Assembly: GCA_951406725.2 (NCBI GenBank) | Contig: OX597840.1 | Coordinates: forward strand, 17,856,001-17,920,000 | From: Octopus vulgaris | Lineage: Eukaryota | Length of the DNA: 64,000 nt | Direction: 5' to 3' | In this document: piece after piece, positions 1 through 12,746 of the stretch | How positions within the stretch are numbered: the stretch's first letter is position 1 | Layout of the letters: every line of letters starts with the position of its first letter | Translations under genes and position numbers: made by a program | Notes under the pieces: model-generated | What the model was told of the DNA's origin: nothing | What the model saw: the letters and a program-made list of their open reading frames with translations, nothing else | Databases searched by the model: none

Positions 1-139
<139 letters not shown>

Positions 140-573
140 TGATTAATCCAGTGTTATAAATTGAAAACCATGTCCCATCAAACAGATCACTGGGTGGTTT
201 CATGTGATATCATGTTTTGCTTGGCAGAAAGCGTGAATGAACAATCATCAGACGTCGTTGACCGGAAAATTCTTTGATCTGGAATTTCTGCTGAGAAAAA
301 CATGATGTCACATTAGTCGGTCCATTAAGCCGTGCCGAACATGGTTGTTAACTTGTAAATGTTGTATCGTAATTATAACCACTGCTTTATGATTTTATAT
401 TGAGTGTGATTATGAACTGTCTCTAGACAACTGTGTGTATATTTATCAGTTTAGTTACTGACTTATCTAGCTAGTTATATACGGGGCAGCTGATGATGGA
501 GGTATGTTGGATTGTTAGTATGGCTGTTTTTGTACATATGGAGTAGTATTACAACACATTCTTTTGATGTATG

Positions 574-604
<31 letters not shown>

Positions 605-610
605 TATTAT

Positions 611-917
611 GTCAGGCGGTACTGGCAATGGTCATGCTCAAGTGGTGTTTTTTACATGCCACCTGCTGGACTGGCTCCTGTGCAGGTGGTATGTAAAAAA
701 CACCACTTGCGCATGGCCGTTGCCACTACCGCCTGACTGACCCACATGCCAGTGGCACGTAAAAGCACCCACTACACTCCCAGAGTGGTTGGCATTAGGA
801 AGGCCATCCAGCTGTTGAAACTCTGCCAGATCAGATTGGAGCCTGGTGCAGCCATCTGGTTCGCCAGTCCTCAGTCAAATTGTCCATGGAAAGTGGACAC
901 TAAACGATGATGATGAT
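611..917 (+). mobile_element. RTE-type LINE 3' end (5'-truncated) with inverted 5' segment
   Basis: Matches the 3' UTR of the RT-bearing copy at 55711-56790 and ends in (GAT)n; 611-666 is the reverse complement of 682-737. Confidence 0.75.
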
Positions 918-919
918 TC

Positions 920-1140
920 AGGGAGCAATGCCAAAAACGACCTATCTCTAGCATGCTTGAAGTAGTGTTACCTTCAAAAACTACCAAGAACTCCAGATAA
1001 ATATACACTTGGCTGAAAGCAGGCTAGTGAAAGAAAATTTTAAAAAACCTCCACTTATATTTATCTGGAGTTTTTGGTAGTTTTTGAAGGCACCGACACT
1101 TCAAGAATACTGGAGACACGTCGTTTTCACTCTGCTCCCT
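920..1140. repeat. Imperfect ~85-bp inverted repeat (920-1004 / 1056-1140)
   Basis: ccttcaaaaactaccaagaactccagataaatata vs tatatttatctggagtttttggtagtttttgaagg. Confidence 0.75.
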
Positions 1141-1253
1141 TATTATAATTATATACATATGGACATTATTAATTTTAATTGAATGTATTAATTGCCTATA
1201 AATATTTATAGCATGCTGACTACCTGATAAAAATCATAAACGTGACTTTTATC

Positions 1254-1327
<74 letters not shown>

Positions 1328-1332
1328 CATAC

Positions 1333-1368
<36 letters not shown>

Positions 1369-1376
1369 ATTATATG

Positions 1377-1421
<45 letters not shown>

Positions 1422-1517
1422 TTTATTCCTTTATGTTTCAGCCCTGAGGCTATGGCCATGCTGGAGCACATGCATAAACACACACATATATATGTATACA
1501 TATGTATATTTACGTAT

Positions 1518-1659
1518 GCCATGAGACTCAAACATCCCTTTGATTACCAGTCAAGTGCTTTACCAAATAAGCTAAACTGCCCACTGAGAAATTAATCCGC
1601 AATTTTAGAACTTATAAAGCCATTGGTAATCAAAGGGATGTGAGTTCGAGTCTCATGGC
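1518..1659. mobile_element. Two inverted partial copies of a tRNA-like (Thr, GGT loop) element
   Basis: Minus 1581-1518 has D arm GCTT/AAGC and loop CT-GGT-AA; plus 1624-1659 has the same anticodon arm and T arm GTGAG-TTCGAGT-CTCAT. Confidence 0.6.
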
Positions 1660-1822
1660 TGGTTGTTGACACATCTTTCCGTTTTGTATGGATATCTTAT
1701 CCTATCTTGGTGTTTATACGTTTGAAAATAAAATTATCATCTTATTTGTATCTCACAATATATATATAGACAATAGACACCCCTTCATCACTGTTATCAT
1801 CATTATCATCAATGATATTTAA

Positions 1823-1908
1823 GGCGGTGAGCTGGCAGAATCGTTAGCATGTTGGACGAAATGCTTAGCGGTATTTCGCCTGCCGCCACATTCTGAGTTC
1901 AAATTCCA
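1823..1908 (+). mobile_element. SINE family B head (tRNA-derived)
   Basis: ggcggtgagctggcagaatcgttagc...gagttcaaattcc with A/B-box-like motifs; multiple copies in window. Confidence 0.8.
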
Positions 1909-2537
1909 AAGATAAAAAGATAAAAAGCTGTATATATACATACACACACACACACGTGTATATAAGCACATGTAACTCTACACCAAACAATATTTAAAGA
2001 AGACTTCAATGAAAATGTTCTTGACCACCAGACAGAAGATAGACTATTTTCACTTCAAGTTTTTCAAGTTTTTATAAATTTCTACTAATATTTGTTAAGA
2101 TGAAATACATCGAGAGCAGTAATATTAATATTTCAATTTGTATAATCTTTTATGATATTCCATTTTAAACTGAAATGTCTGAGACTTAATTCTGTGCTAT
2201 TTATATATATATATAAAAATATAATTTGTATAGATCTATAATCCTTTTCAACATATAATCATTTTCACTCAAGTGTCTATGTATGTATGTATGTATATCT
2301 ATAAAAAGCTTGTTTATATATTTCTAGACACATCTATATACACACTGTTCATTTGCATCTATATAAATAAGTCAAGGGGTTTGTGTGATGCGAGGGAGTT
2401 TGTGCGTCTTTGCTGTAATCAGTTCACACTGTAGGGGGTGGAGACAGGCAAGAAGGGCAGCCCAACGCCCACACTTCAAGCTCCAGAATATACATGTGTG
2501 CACCTATGCACGTATGTGCGTGTATGTGCCTGTATGC

Positions 2538-2591
<54 letters not shown>

Positions 2592-2645
2592 GTGTGTGTG
2601 TGTATAGTATACATATATACTGATAAGTATGTATTTATACATTCA

Positions 2646-2713
<68 letters not shown>

Positions 2714-2723
2714 TATATGCATT

Positions 2724-2754
<31 letters not shown>

Positions 2755-3382
2755 ATGTAGATGTCTATCTCTGTTTATGTTTCTATGTACTTGTGTGTGT
2801 GTGAGTGTGTGTGCAAATAACCAATCGTATCAGACACACACATACACACACTCACCCCCACCCCCTCACCACTCTCCCACCCCCGTCCACGCAACAGAAA
2901 TAATAACAACGTTAAGAGTATTTTCAGATATGACGAGTCATATTTAAAAGAACGAACCATCCTCCTTCCCCTCTCCCTGCCTTACCTACTGACCTACCTC
3001 CAAACCTATGCCATCCACCACCACCACCACCACCATCACCCACAATACCCACCCACACCATTCTCATCCACCCACCCGTCATACATTTATTCTCAAGTTC
3101 GTCGACATACATAATATATTCCTTTCTCATTCTTCTTGCATTAAAGAGAAAACCCCGCCATTTTCCACCTCCACCGTTACTGTCTGGTGATGGGACGACG
3201 ACAGCAGCGAGGACCACGATGTCGAACGAAGAACAGATGACAAAAGGGAGGTTGATGATGATAATGATGATGGTAGTGGTGGTGGTGTTGGTGGTGGTGG
3301 TGGCAGTAGATGGATTAACGGTGTCGAGGACATCATTGATGATAATGGTTTCAAATTTTTTTCACAAGGACAGCTATTCTGG

Positions 3383-3747
3383 GGGAGGGGATGAGTCGAT
3401 TAAATCGACCCCAGTGCGTAACTGGTACTTATTTTATCGACTTCCGAAAGGATGAAAGGCAAAGTCGACCTAGGCGGAATTTGAACTAAGAACGTAACGG
3501 CAGACGAAATACCTATTTCTTTACTACCCACAAGGGGCTAAACACACAGAGGAGACAAACAAGGGCAGACAGATGGATTAAGTCGATTACATCTACCCCA
3601 GTGCGTAACTGGTACTTAATTTATCGACCCCGAAAGGATGAAAGGCAAAGTCGACCTCGGTGGAATTTGAACTCAGAACGTAACGGCGGACGAAATACCG
3701 CTAAGCATTTCGTCCAACATGCTAACGATTCTACCAGCTCACCGCCT
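3383..3747 (-). mobile_element. SINE family B with internal tandem duplication
   Basis: tRNA-like head at 3747; the gtcgactttgcctttcatcctttcgg...taagtaccagttacgcactgggg domain occurs twice. Confidence 0.85.
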
Positions 3748-3935
3748 TAAACATCATTGATGATAATGACGATAACAATGATGATGATGACGACGATGTA
3801 TGTATGTATGTATGTATGTATGTATGTATGTATGTATGAATGTGTGTGTATGTATATATGTATGAATGTGTGTAAGCCAACATATACACTTACATGTGCT
3901 TATATACGCATGTGTGTGTGTATGTATATATACAG

Positions 3936-4150
3936 CTTTTTATGTTTTTATTTTTTACTTGTTTCAGTCATTCGACTGTGGCTATGCTGGAGCACTACCT
4001 TGAAAAATTTGTAGTTGAATGTATCGACCCCAGTATTTCTTTTTTTTAAAGCCTGGTACTTATTTTATGGAAATCTTTTGCAGAAGTTACAGGACATAAA
4101 CACACCAACACCGGTTGTCAAGCAGTGGTGGGGGACAAACACAGACACAC
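3936..4150 (-). mobile_element. SINE family A 3' half
   Basis: Reverse complement of the family A tail (ctccagcatggccacagtc..gactgaaacaagtaaaa). Confidence 0.8.
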
Positions 4151-4184
4151 ATACACGCATACATGCATGTGTGTATGTGTGTGT

Positions 4185-4540
4185 GGAGGCCCAGTGGTAA
4201 AGGCAGCAAACTCGCGGACATTGGATCACGGTTTCAATCCCAGACCGGGCGTTGTGAGTGTTTATTGAGCGAAAACACCTAAAGCTCCACGAGACTCCGG
4301 CAGGGAGAGGGGGTTGCGAACCCTGCTGTATTCTTTCACCAGAACTTTCTCTCACTCTTTCTTCCTGTTTCTGTTGTATCTGTATTTCAAAGGGCCAGCC
4401 TTGTCACACCCTGTGTCACGCTCAATCTCCCTGAGAACTACATTAAGGCTGCTCTGCCAACATGCACGTTAATTTCACGAGCAGACTGTTCTGTTGATCG
4501 AATCAACTGAAACCCTCGTCGTCGTAATCGATGGAGTGCT
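4185..4540 (+). mobile_element. SINE family C (tRNA-derived)
   Basis: ggcccagtgg..ggtttcaatcccagaccgggcg head; homologous over its full length to 39131-39509. Confidence 0.85.
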
Positions 4541-4943
4541 ACGTATATATATATTGATAAAAATGGTAAGACAACAAAAGAATGAAAGAAACCTCGATGT
4601 TATGTAAATAGAGGAATTTATTTGTAAAATAATGTGACATTTATTCGGTAGCCATGATAAAATCTCTGACTTATTATCTAAACCTGGTTCTTACCCTATC
4701 GGTCTCTTTTGTTGAACCGCTAAGATACCGAGACGTAAACACACCAACACCAGAGATCAGGTTGTGATGCTAGACACAAAGACACATTCATTGATACAAA
4801 CATACACTCACACACACACACACACGTATATGATTATATTATGCATGCTATCCACTGGTAGAAAATTTCTCTAATTTTCCTACCCTGTATATATATGTGT
4901 GTGTGTGTGTGCGTGTATGTGTGTGTGGGGGGGGCTTGTTTCA

Positions 4944-5223
4944 GGAATCTGTTCAATCTCAAGCACAAATTTTTTAATGAATTCTTTTTAACTAAACAGT
5001 TTGAAACTTCGGATACTGGCTGAATGTGTCACATTGAACACGGTTTACTCTTAACATTTTTGACAAAATTTTGTATTTTAGAAGTTATTTCGTGTTAAAG
5101 TTGTCATATATGGATAATTTTAACCAATCAATGACGAGTATTCAGCTGAAGAAAGTTACTGCTGCTAAAGTGTTTAGTTTTAAAAAAATGAATTAAAAAT
5201 TCTGCTTGAGATTGAAAAGGTCC
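4944..5223. mobile_element. MITE-like element with ~50-bp terminal inverted repeats
   Basis: ttcaatctcaagcacaaatttttt...aactaaaca at left; tgtttagtt...aaaaattctgcttgagattgaa at right. Confidence 0.65.
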
Positions 5224-5251
5224 ATATATATACATACTTACATATATATAT

Positions 5252-5330
<79 letters not shown>

Positions 5331-5513
5331 GATATTTATTTAATTTGGTGATTTTTAGAATAATATTTATTATAATATATTTAAATTTTTTCTATATGAT
5401 TTAATATGGATAATATCTTTCACTATCAATTGAATTATTTAATAGAGGCGCGTATGTACCGTTGGCGATTTTTTTCCTCCGTCTTCCCTTCCTTGGATCT
5501 TTCCTTTTCCTAT

Positions 5514-5548
5514 GTTTCCGACGAAGAGCTCTGCTCAAAACGTTAAAC
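5514..5548 (+). ncRNA. Degenerate minimal hammerhead ribozyme in a PLE-type terminal repeat (5445-5650)
   Basis: GTTT-CCGACGA-A-GAGC-tct-GCTC-AAAACGTT-AAAC: stems I and II and palindromic AACGTT intact; two core substitutions. Confidence 0.55.
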
Positions 5549-5662
5549 CCTCCTTCTTTCCTTCCTTCCCGAGCGTCCAATAACACTATACTTGTTCCAC
5601 GTCCTCGCGTTGTTGTGTTTTCTCTTTGTGTTTTCATGTTTGGATTAACTTTATATATATAT

Positions 5663-5708
<46 letters not shown>

Positions 5709-5980
5709 TCTAATTTTACAAGGAATCAGTTGACAGTGACTTTGAAGTCACTCTTCGCCTTTGCCATGCAAAAATGAAATAAACATGTATTCTACTTACA
5801 AAAATATAGAGTAATATTTAACGTTGATTGTTTTTATATATATAAACTTCACATAAAAACAGACATAATACACATGTATACATACATGTGTATATATGTA
5901 TGTATATGTGTATGGTTTTCACATTAAATGATAACAATTGTATTTTTAGTTGTATGTACTTATCTATGTATGTATGTATT

Positions 5981-6055
<75 letters not shown>

Positions 6056-6585
6056 GTTAGTGTTCCGGGGGTGGGGCATGTGCTCCACTGATGATAATCG
6101 CTTTCATATGCCACAGAAGTTAGAGAGTCATTTTCTTGTATATTTATATATTTATTGTACATTTATTTTATTTTAATTTATTTTCTATGTTTTTGCTTTT
6201 ATTTTTTTTTCTGTTTTTGTTTTTTGGCTCCTGTTCTTGTTGCCAGTGATGTGGGTGGTTGACTGCCTCACCGGGTGTTGTAAGACGGTTACGGATGAGT
6301 GACGCCGAGTAGTGGAAAACAGCAAAAGGATAGAGCCAAAGGAGCACTGAGGGGTGGGTAAGGGGACGTGTGACACAATGGAGATATGGGTGGGTGTTGG
6401 GTGGAGGGGTGGCGGGTTTCGTGTGAAGAGTTTTGTACTAGAAATGGTGGCGTTGGTGGTGTTGGTGGCAATGGTGTTTGTGGTGGCGGTGGTGGTGATG
6501 GTGGTGGTGGTGGTGGTGATGGCGGTGGTGGTGACACTGGTGGTATCTGTGGCACGGGTGGCTTTGATGAGGCTGCTACTGATGA

Positions 6586-6655
<70 letters not shown>

Positions 6656-6678
6656 GGTGGTGGTGGTGGTGGTGGTGG
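6586..6678. repeat. (GTT)n(GGT)n compound microsatellite
   Basis: Direct inspection. Confidence 0.95.
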
Positions 6679-6955
6679 CTTTGATGCTGATGTTGTTGTA
6701 GTTGTTCATGTTGTCAGTGGTGGTGGTAATGATGCTGGTGTTGGCGATAATAAAGCTACATGTGTTCTGTTTGCAAACATGTAGCACTATTGTTGTAGGG
6801 TGGGGAAAAGGGGTTTTAGGGTTGTCCTGTTAGGGTAAAACTGTGACACACATAGGGAGTCTAGGGAGTCAGTGGGGCACGACGGTGCCACATTCACAGG
6901 AGCCTGTTGTCCCGGAGATATCGAGGTTGCTCCTACTGGGCAAAAACCTTCTGCC

Positions 6956-6987
<32 letters not shown>

Positions 6988-6999
6988 CATCATCACCAC

Positions 7000-7068
<69 letters not shown>

Positions 7069-7086
7069 TATCATCATCACCACCAC

Positions 7087-7152
<66 letters not shown>

Positions 7153-7160
7153 TATCATCA
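6956..7160. repeat. (CAT)n microsatellite
   Basis: Direct inspection; source of the poly-His/Ile/Ser/Asp/Met ORFs. Confidence 0.97.
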
Positions 7161-7508
7161 CTAGCAGCTGCAGCAGTACCACCACCTCCAACAGCACCAC
7201 CATTATCCCCCACCACTTTCTTCGCTTTCTACTCCACCCCCTTCTTCTCTTTTACCTCAGCTTCCTTCTCCTGTTCCTCCCTCTCATCATCATCATCAAA
7301 CATCATCGTTGTCAATCTGGAATCCTCCTCCTCCAAATGTTTACTTGGTTAAAATTTTGTTTGATAGTTCTCATCTGCTTCATCTTATCTCTCCGCATCT
7401 CTATCTCTACATCACACACACACGCACACACACTCACACACAACTCACATTCACATACATGCTCTTTGTCAATGTATGTATATATGTACGTGCATACATA
7501 CATACATA

Positions 7509-7758
7509 CATCATCATCATCATCGTTTTACGTCCACTTTCCATGTTAGCATGGGTTGGACGGTTTGAGTGAGGGCTGGTAAACCAGATGGCTGCACCAG
7601 GCTCAATCTGATATGGCAAAGTTTCTACAGCTGGATGCCCTTCCTGAAGCCAACCACTCTGAGAGTGTAGTGGGTGCTTGTAACGTGCCACCAGCACGAG
7701 GGCCAGTCAGGCGGTACTGGCAACGGCCATGCTCAAATGGTGTCTTCTATGTGCCACC

Positions 7759-7761
<3 letters not shown>
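7509..7761 (-). mobile_element. RTE-type LINE 3' end
   Basis: (CAT)n-cgttttacgtccactttccatg..gcatgggttggac motif shared with the 55711 copy. Confidence 0.8.
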
Positions 7762-7793
<32 letters not shown>

Positions 7794-7914
7794 AAATAAA
7801 ACTTATATATAAAGAACGTGAAATTCACGAATTGACAAACACGGAAAAACGGACAGTAATTCAGAGCCTTCATTCTTCAGTCAGAAACCGATTCATCATG
7901 GCAAATTTCGGCTG

Positions 7915-7982
<68 letters not shown>

Positions 7983-8557
7983 TTATATATATATGTATGC
8001 ATATATATATGTATGTATATATATATGTATGTATATATGTATATATGTATATACACATATATACATATATTAAGCAGCAAATTGAGAAATCTTGATCAAC
8101 AACAATTGACCAACATCAGTTAAGTTTATCCTTGTCATTGCCTGTCTCCTATGAGCACAATATGCTTGCATATGTATGCCCAGAGTTAACATAGGTAATT
8201 ATACCGGTAGTAAAAAGGATATTTTTATCCCTTAGATGGTTATTCCATCCTCTAACTCTACTAACCTTATATATTTGTGTGTGTGTGTGTGTGTGTGTAC
8301 ACGCAGATATTAGTTTGCATATGGGTATATATATACACATCTCTCTCTCTTTTAGTGTGTGTGCGTATATATATATATTTAGATGTATGTTTACACAGTA
8401 ACACACACACACACACACACATACACACACTCACACACACACACACACACATACACATATATATAGCTGTACGTTTACACATTAACACACACACACACAC
8501 ATACACTTACACATATATATGTAGATGTATGTATACACAATAGCATATACACATATA

Positions 8558-8967
8558 GGTACAGGAGTGGCTGAGTAGTAAGTAGGTTGCTTACCAATGA
8601 CATGGTTCTGGGTTTCAGTCCCACTGTGTGGCACCTTGGGCAAATGTCTTCTACTATAGCCTCGGGCCAACCAAAGTCTTGTGAGTGGATTTGGTAGATG
8701 GAAACTGAAATATATATATGATGAAATAACCCATCATGTGTGTGTGTGTGTGTGAATGCGTTTCTATGTCTGTGCTTGTTCCCCCACCATCGCTTGACAA
8801 CCAACGTTGGTGTGTTTACATCCCTGTAACTTAGTGGTTCAGCAAAGAGACTGATTGAATAAGTACTAGGCTTACAAAAAATAAGTCCTGAGGTTGATTT
8901 CTTCGACTAAAGGCGGTACCTCAGCATGGCTGCAGTCCAATGACTGAAACAACTAAAAGAATAAGAG
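8558..8967 (+). mobile_element. SINE family A, full length
   Basis: ggagtggctg..ggtttcagtcccactg head, central microsatellite, gactgaaacaa tail. Confidence 0.88.
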
Positions 8968-8993
8968 AAAACACATATAATGAATGTATGTAG

Positions 8994-9087
<94 letters not shown>

Positions 9088-9477
9088 TTATATATATATA
9101 TGTATATATATGCACGTGTGTGTCTGTGAATACAAAGATGTATGCATATGTATGTGTGTGTGTTTACGCCAGTGCCCCACATACAAAAATAGTGACAGCC
9201 CCTTTTTTTCTATTTCTATTTACTGTGATAAGATATATCTTATCTCTTTGTTTAGCCCCAAGAGTTCAGCCCCTATTCCAATGCAGTTACTCAGCTGTAC
9301 CATACCATGAAGTACTTTAACTCTCTTTTACTCCAAATGTGGCACCATTCTAAAGAAACCAAAACGAAGAAATTTCAAGCAAAGCTTTCTAACTGAACAA
9401 TACTTTTAACTGTAAAGAATATTCGTTCTTAGTGTTGTTGTTGTTGTTACTTACCACCCAGGTAGTTCCTGGTTGTC

Positions 9478-9640
9478 ACAGATGTGGCTGTGGGGTGAAG
9501 AAGCTTTCTTTGCAACCATGTGGTTTTGGGTTCAGTCCCATTACACAGCATGTTGGACAAGGGCCTTCTACTATAAACCCGAGCTGACAACTGTCATGTG
9601 ATTGAATTTAGTACATGGAGACTGTGTGGAAGCCCCATCA
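9478..9640 (+). mobile_element. SINE family A 5' half (diverged)
   Basis: gggttcagtccca...gaagcccc. Confidence 0.7.
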
Positions 9641-9702
9641 TATATATATATATATATATATATGAATACATACATGCCTATATATATATATTCCTGATGG
9701 TT

Positions 9703-10556
9703 AATGTACATGTTCATCTGCCACATGTAAAGACAACTTTCTCTGTGAGCCATCCAGTGATACCACTGCACCCCTTATGTGTCCTTAACTTGTGCTGGAT
9801 CCACCTTATGGAATTTCTCCAGTCACCTTTTCTATATACAGACCAGGGCCATCTCCCTGAAGGTACCTCTGATTTCTCTGTTTTCCTACTTATCAATACT
9901 TTGGCCTTTGCTAAATTAACTCTAAGGCCCTTTGATCCCAGACCTTGCTTCCACACCTGAAATTTCCTCTCTAGTTCAGCAATAAGGACAAGGTCATCAA
10001 CATTGAAAAGCTTCCAGGAGCAGCCAGTCATAAATTCCTCAGTTATAGCTTGGAGGACCATGATAGATAAGAGGTGGCCAAGAACCAACCTCTGGTAGAC
10101 TCCTACTTGTACACTAAACTCCTTGCTATACTCATTGGCGACTCTCACCTTACAAAAGGCATCCTTGTACATGGCTTGCACATGCTACTCATCTAGCTCT
10201 CATTAGATGAGTGGCATGCTCTTATCAATCCACATGCTCTCACTAACCACTCATCTATCTCTCACTTCTGCATTGCCCACCAGATAAGGGAGCAGGGGAC
10301 CCTGCCAGAGGCTTTCTCCATATTAACAAAAGACAAATACAAAAGTTTATCTTTGGCCAAGAACTTCTCCAGCAGTCGCCTCACCAGGAGTATAGCATTA
10401 ATGGTACTTCCCCCTGGCTCATCTCATCCAGGATAATTCTCTTCCTAATTAATTGAGCTATGGCCCTTTTTGTGACTTTCATCACTTGGTCCAGAAATTT
10501 GATACCCCTGTAATTATTTCTGTCTAGGACATCACCTTTGCCTTTGTAGCAGCTGA
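9703..10556 (-). pseudogene. RTE-clade LINE reverse transcriptase fragment
   Basis: ORF 9714-10181 shows degenerate RT motifs (FSVQVGVYQRLVLGHLLSI ~ GVHQGSVLSPLLF; FNVDDLVLIAE ~ YADDLVL); upstream YKGKGDVLDRNNYRGIKFLD; frameshifted. Confidence 0.88.
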
Positions 10557-10857
10557 CTTACCTTTGCTTAGCTGGAGATGTTATGCATAGAATAATAACA
10601 ACAGCAACAACACCAAACGATGCTAATAACCAGCTGTTGGAACTGAAAATCCTTATGTTTTAGAGTAAAGTGTATGGTGCGTTCAAAATTCAGAACATAA
10701 TATCAAAGACTTAATCATCCAAATAATAAGATGAAGACAAAAATTCTTCAACACATTTTTAATGATTTGTTCAAATTGTTAAATCATTAAAATTGTTAAG
10801 AATTTGATAAAATTCTACTTGCAGCACCAGTTTAAGTAAAAATTCAAAGTGAAAATT

Positions 10858-11012
10858 TACATAACTTAGTGGTTCGGCAAAAAGGGACGATAAAATAAGT
10901 ACTAAGCTTTCAAAGAATAGGTCCTGGGGTCGATTTTCTTGACTAAAGGCAGTGCTCCAGCATGGCCACAGTCAAATGACTGAAACAAGAAAAAGAATAA
11001 AAGAATGAAAGA
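10858..11012 (+). mobile_element. SINE family A 3' tail
   Basis: taacttagtggttcggcaaaa...gactgaaacaag. Confidence 0.8.
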
Positions 11013-11301
11013 ATAATGTTTGCAGCTTTAGACATTAGAAAGGCACTTCATGAAAGGTGTACTGGCACACAATGCGACATTGCACCTTTTCTGCAGCTCT
11101 GATGAAGGGACTCTCCAATGTCTAAAGCTGCAAACATTGCATAACTTTTCACTTTTTGAGCTTTTGCATAAACTGGCAGAGAAACAATTGTAATGAATCA
11201 TTAATGTGTCGAAAGATTTTCTTAGTCTTCTTCTTACTATTTGGATACACACACACATACGCACACACACATACACTCACACACACTCACACATGTGTAT
11301 G

Positions 11302-11337
<36 letters not shown>

Positions 11338-11338
<1 letters not shown>

Positions 11339-11567
11339 TCTTTTACTCTTTACTCTTTTACTTGTTTCAGTCATTTGACTGTGACCATGCTGGAGCACTG
11401 CCTTTTAGTCGAGCAAATCGACCCCAGGACTTATTATTTGTAAGCCTAGTACTTATTCTCTTGGTCACTTTTGCCAAACCGCTAAGTTACGGAGATGTAA
11501 ACACACCAGCATCAGTTGTCAAGCAATGCTGGGGGGACAAACAGACTCACAAACATATACACACATG

Positions 11568-11609
<42 letters not shown>

Positions 11610-11749
11610 TACGATGGGCTTCTTTCAGTTTCTTTTTGGTCGACCCGAGGCTATAGTAGAAGACACTTGCCCAAGGTGCCATGCAATGGGACTGAACCCG
11701 GAACCATGTGGTTGGTAAACAAGCTACTTACCACACACCCACTCCTATG

Positions 11750-11751
<2 letters not shown>
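11338..11751 (-). mobile_element. SINE family A, near full length
   Basis: Reverse complement of the family A consensus. Confidence 0.88.
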
Positions 11752-11790
<39 letters not shown>

Positions 11791-12148
11791 TGATGAACAC
11801 ATACACATAAACACACCACATAGATATGATTACCTGTTTCTCTCATCATCTCATCAAACATTCCAATATCACTTGATTAAACCATTTGGCACACACACAC
11901 ACACCCACACACTCACCCACAAGCACACACACACACAAACACACACAAACACACACAAACACACACAAACACACACACACACACACACAGTTAAAAGAAA
12001 AAGGAAATGCACTGGAATTTTTATGATATAAAATATTTATGAGATAAAAATGTTTAAACATTTTCTCCAGCAAACCATTTTAGTACATTTTCCTTCATAT
12101 TCTTATAACCCACCACATGGAGATTTTCCGGAAATTTTCCCTCTATAT

Positions 12149-12267
12149 TGTTCCAGGTTCAGTCCCACTGCATGGCACCTTGGGCGAGTGTCTTCTTCTA
12201 TAGCCTCGGGTCGACCAAAGCCTTGTGAATGGATTTGGTAGACGGAAACTGAATGAAGCCTGTCGTA

Positions 12268-12270
<3 letters not shown>
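12149..12270 (+). mobile_element. SINE family A 5' half
   Basis: ggttcagtcccactgcatggcaccttggg...gaagcctgtcg. Confidence 0.82.
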
Positions 12271-12312
<42 letters not shown>

Positions 12313-12317
<5 letters not shown>

Positions 12318-12684
12318 TTATTAGAGACAAAACCACTATTTTGCAAAACAAACAAGGAAAGACTTAATCAATACATAAAATTTTAATAAATAGTCAAAAA
12401 AACCGCCACTACAATTGTTTCTTGTCTTGATCGACAATCTTCAGGTGGACTTCCAATAAGTCAGTTTCAAATTATGAAGTGTCGATCAAGACAAGAAACA
12501 ATTGTAGTGGCGTTTTTTTACTATTTATTAAAATTTTATGTATTGATTAAGTCTTTCCTTGTTTGTTTTGCAAAATAGTGGTTTTGTCTCTAATAATATT
12601 TGATAATATTTTACTATAAAATTGGATTTAATCCTAAATCTGATTTTTTTCCCTGTAAATTTGGATTTATTCCCTAATATTTAT

Positions 12685-12690
<6 letters not shown>
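12313..12690. mobile_element. Non-autonomous PLE-type element with ~123-bp inverted arms (12313-12436 / 12480-12601)
   Basis: Near-perfect inverted repeat, (TA)n on both flanks, contains an HHR. Confidence 0.7.
12406..12448 (-). ncRNA. Type I hammerhead ribozyme
   Basis: CCAC-CTGAAGA-TTGTC-gatcaa-GACAA-GAAAC-AATT-GTA-GTGG: all three stems and full core; palindromic stem III ACAATTGT. Confidence 0.8.

Positions 12691-12746
<56 letters not shown>

Noticed and set aside
483-563. Hammerhead at gcagCTGATGA (also 24037-24120, and CTGATGA near 6088)
   Set aside because: No downstream stem II/GAAA half found
6185-7549. Long poly-His/Ser/Ile/Asp/Thr ORFs
   Set aside because: (CAT)n, (GTT)n and (GGT)n arrays; overlapping ORFs on both strands
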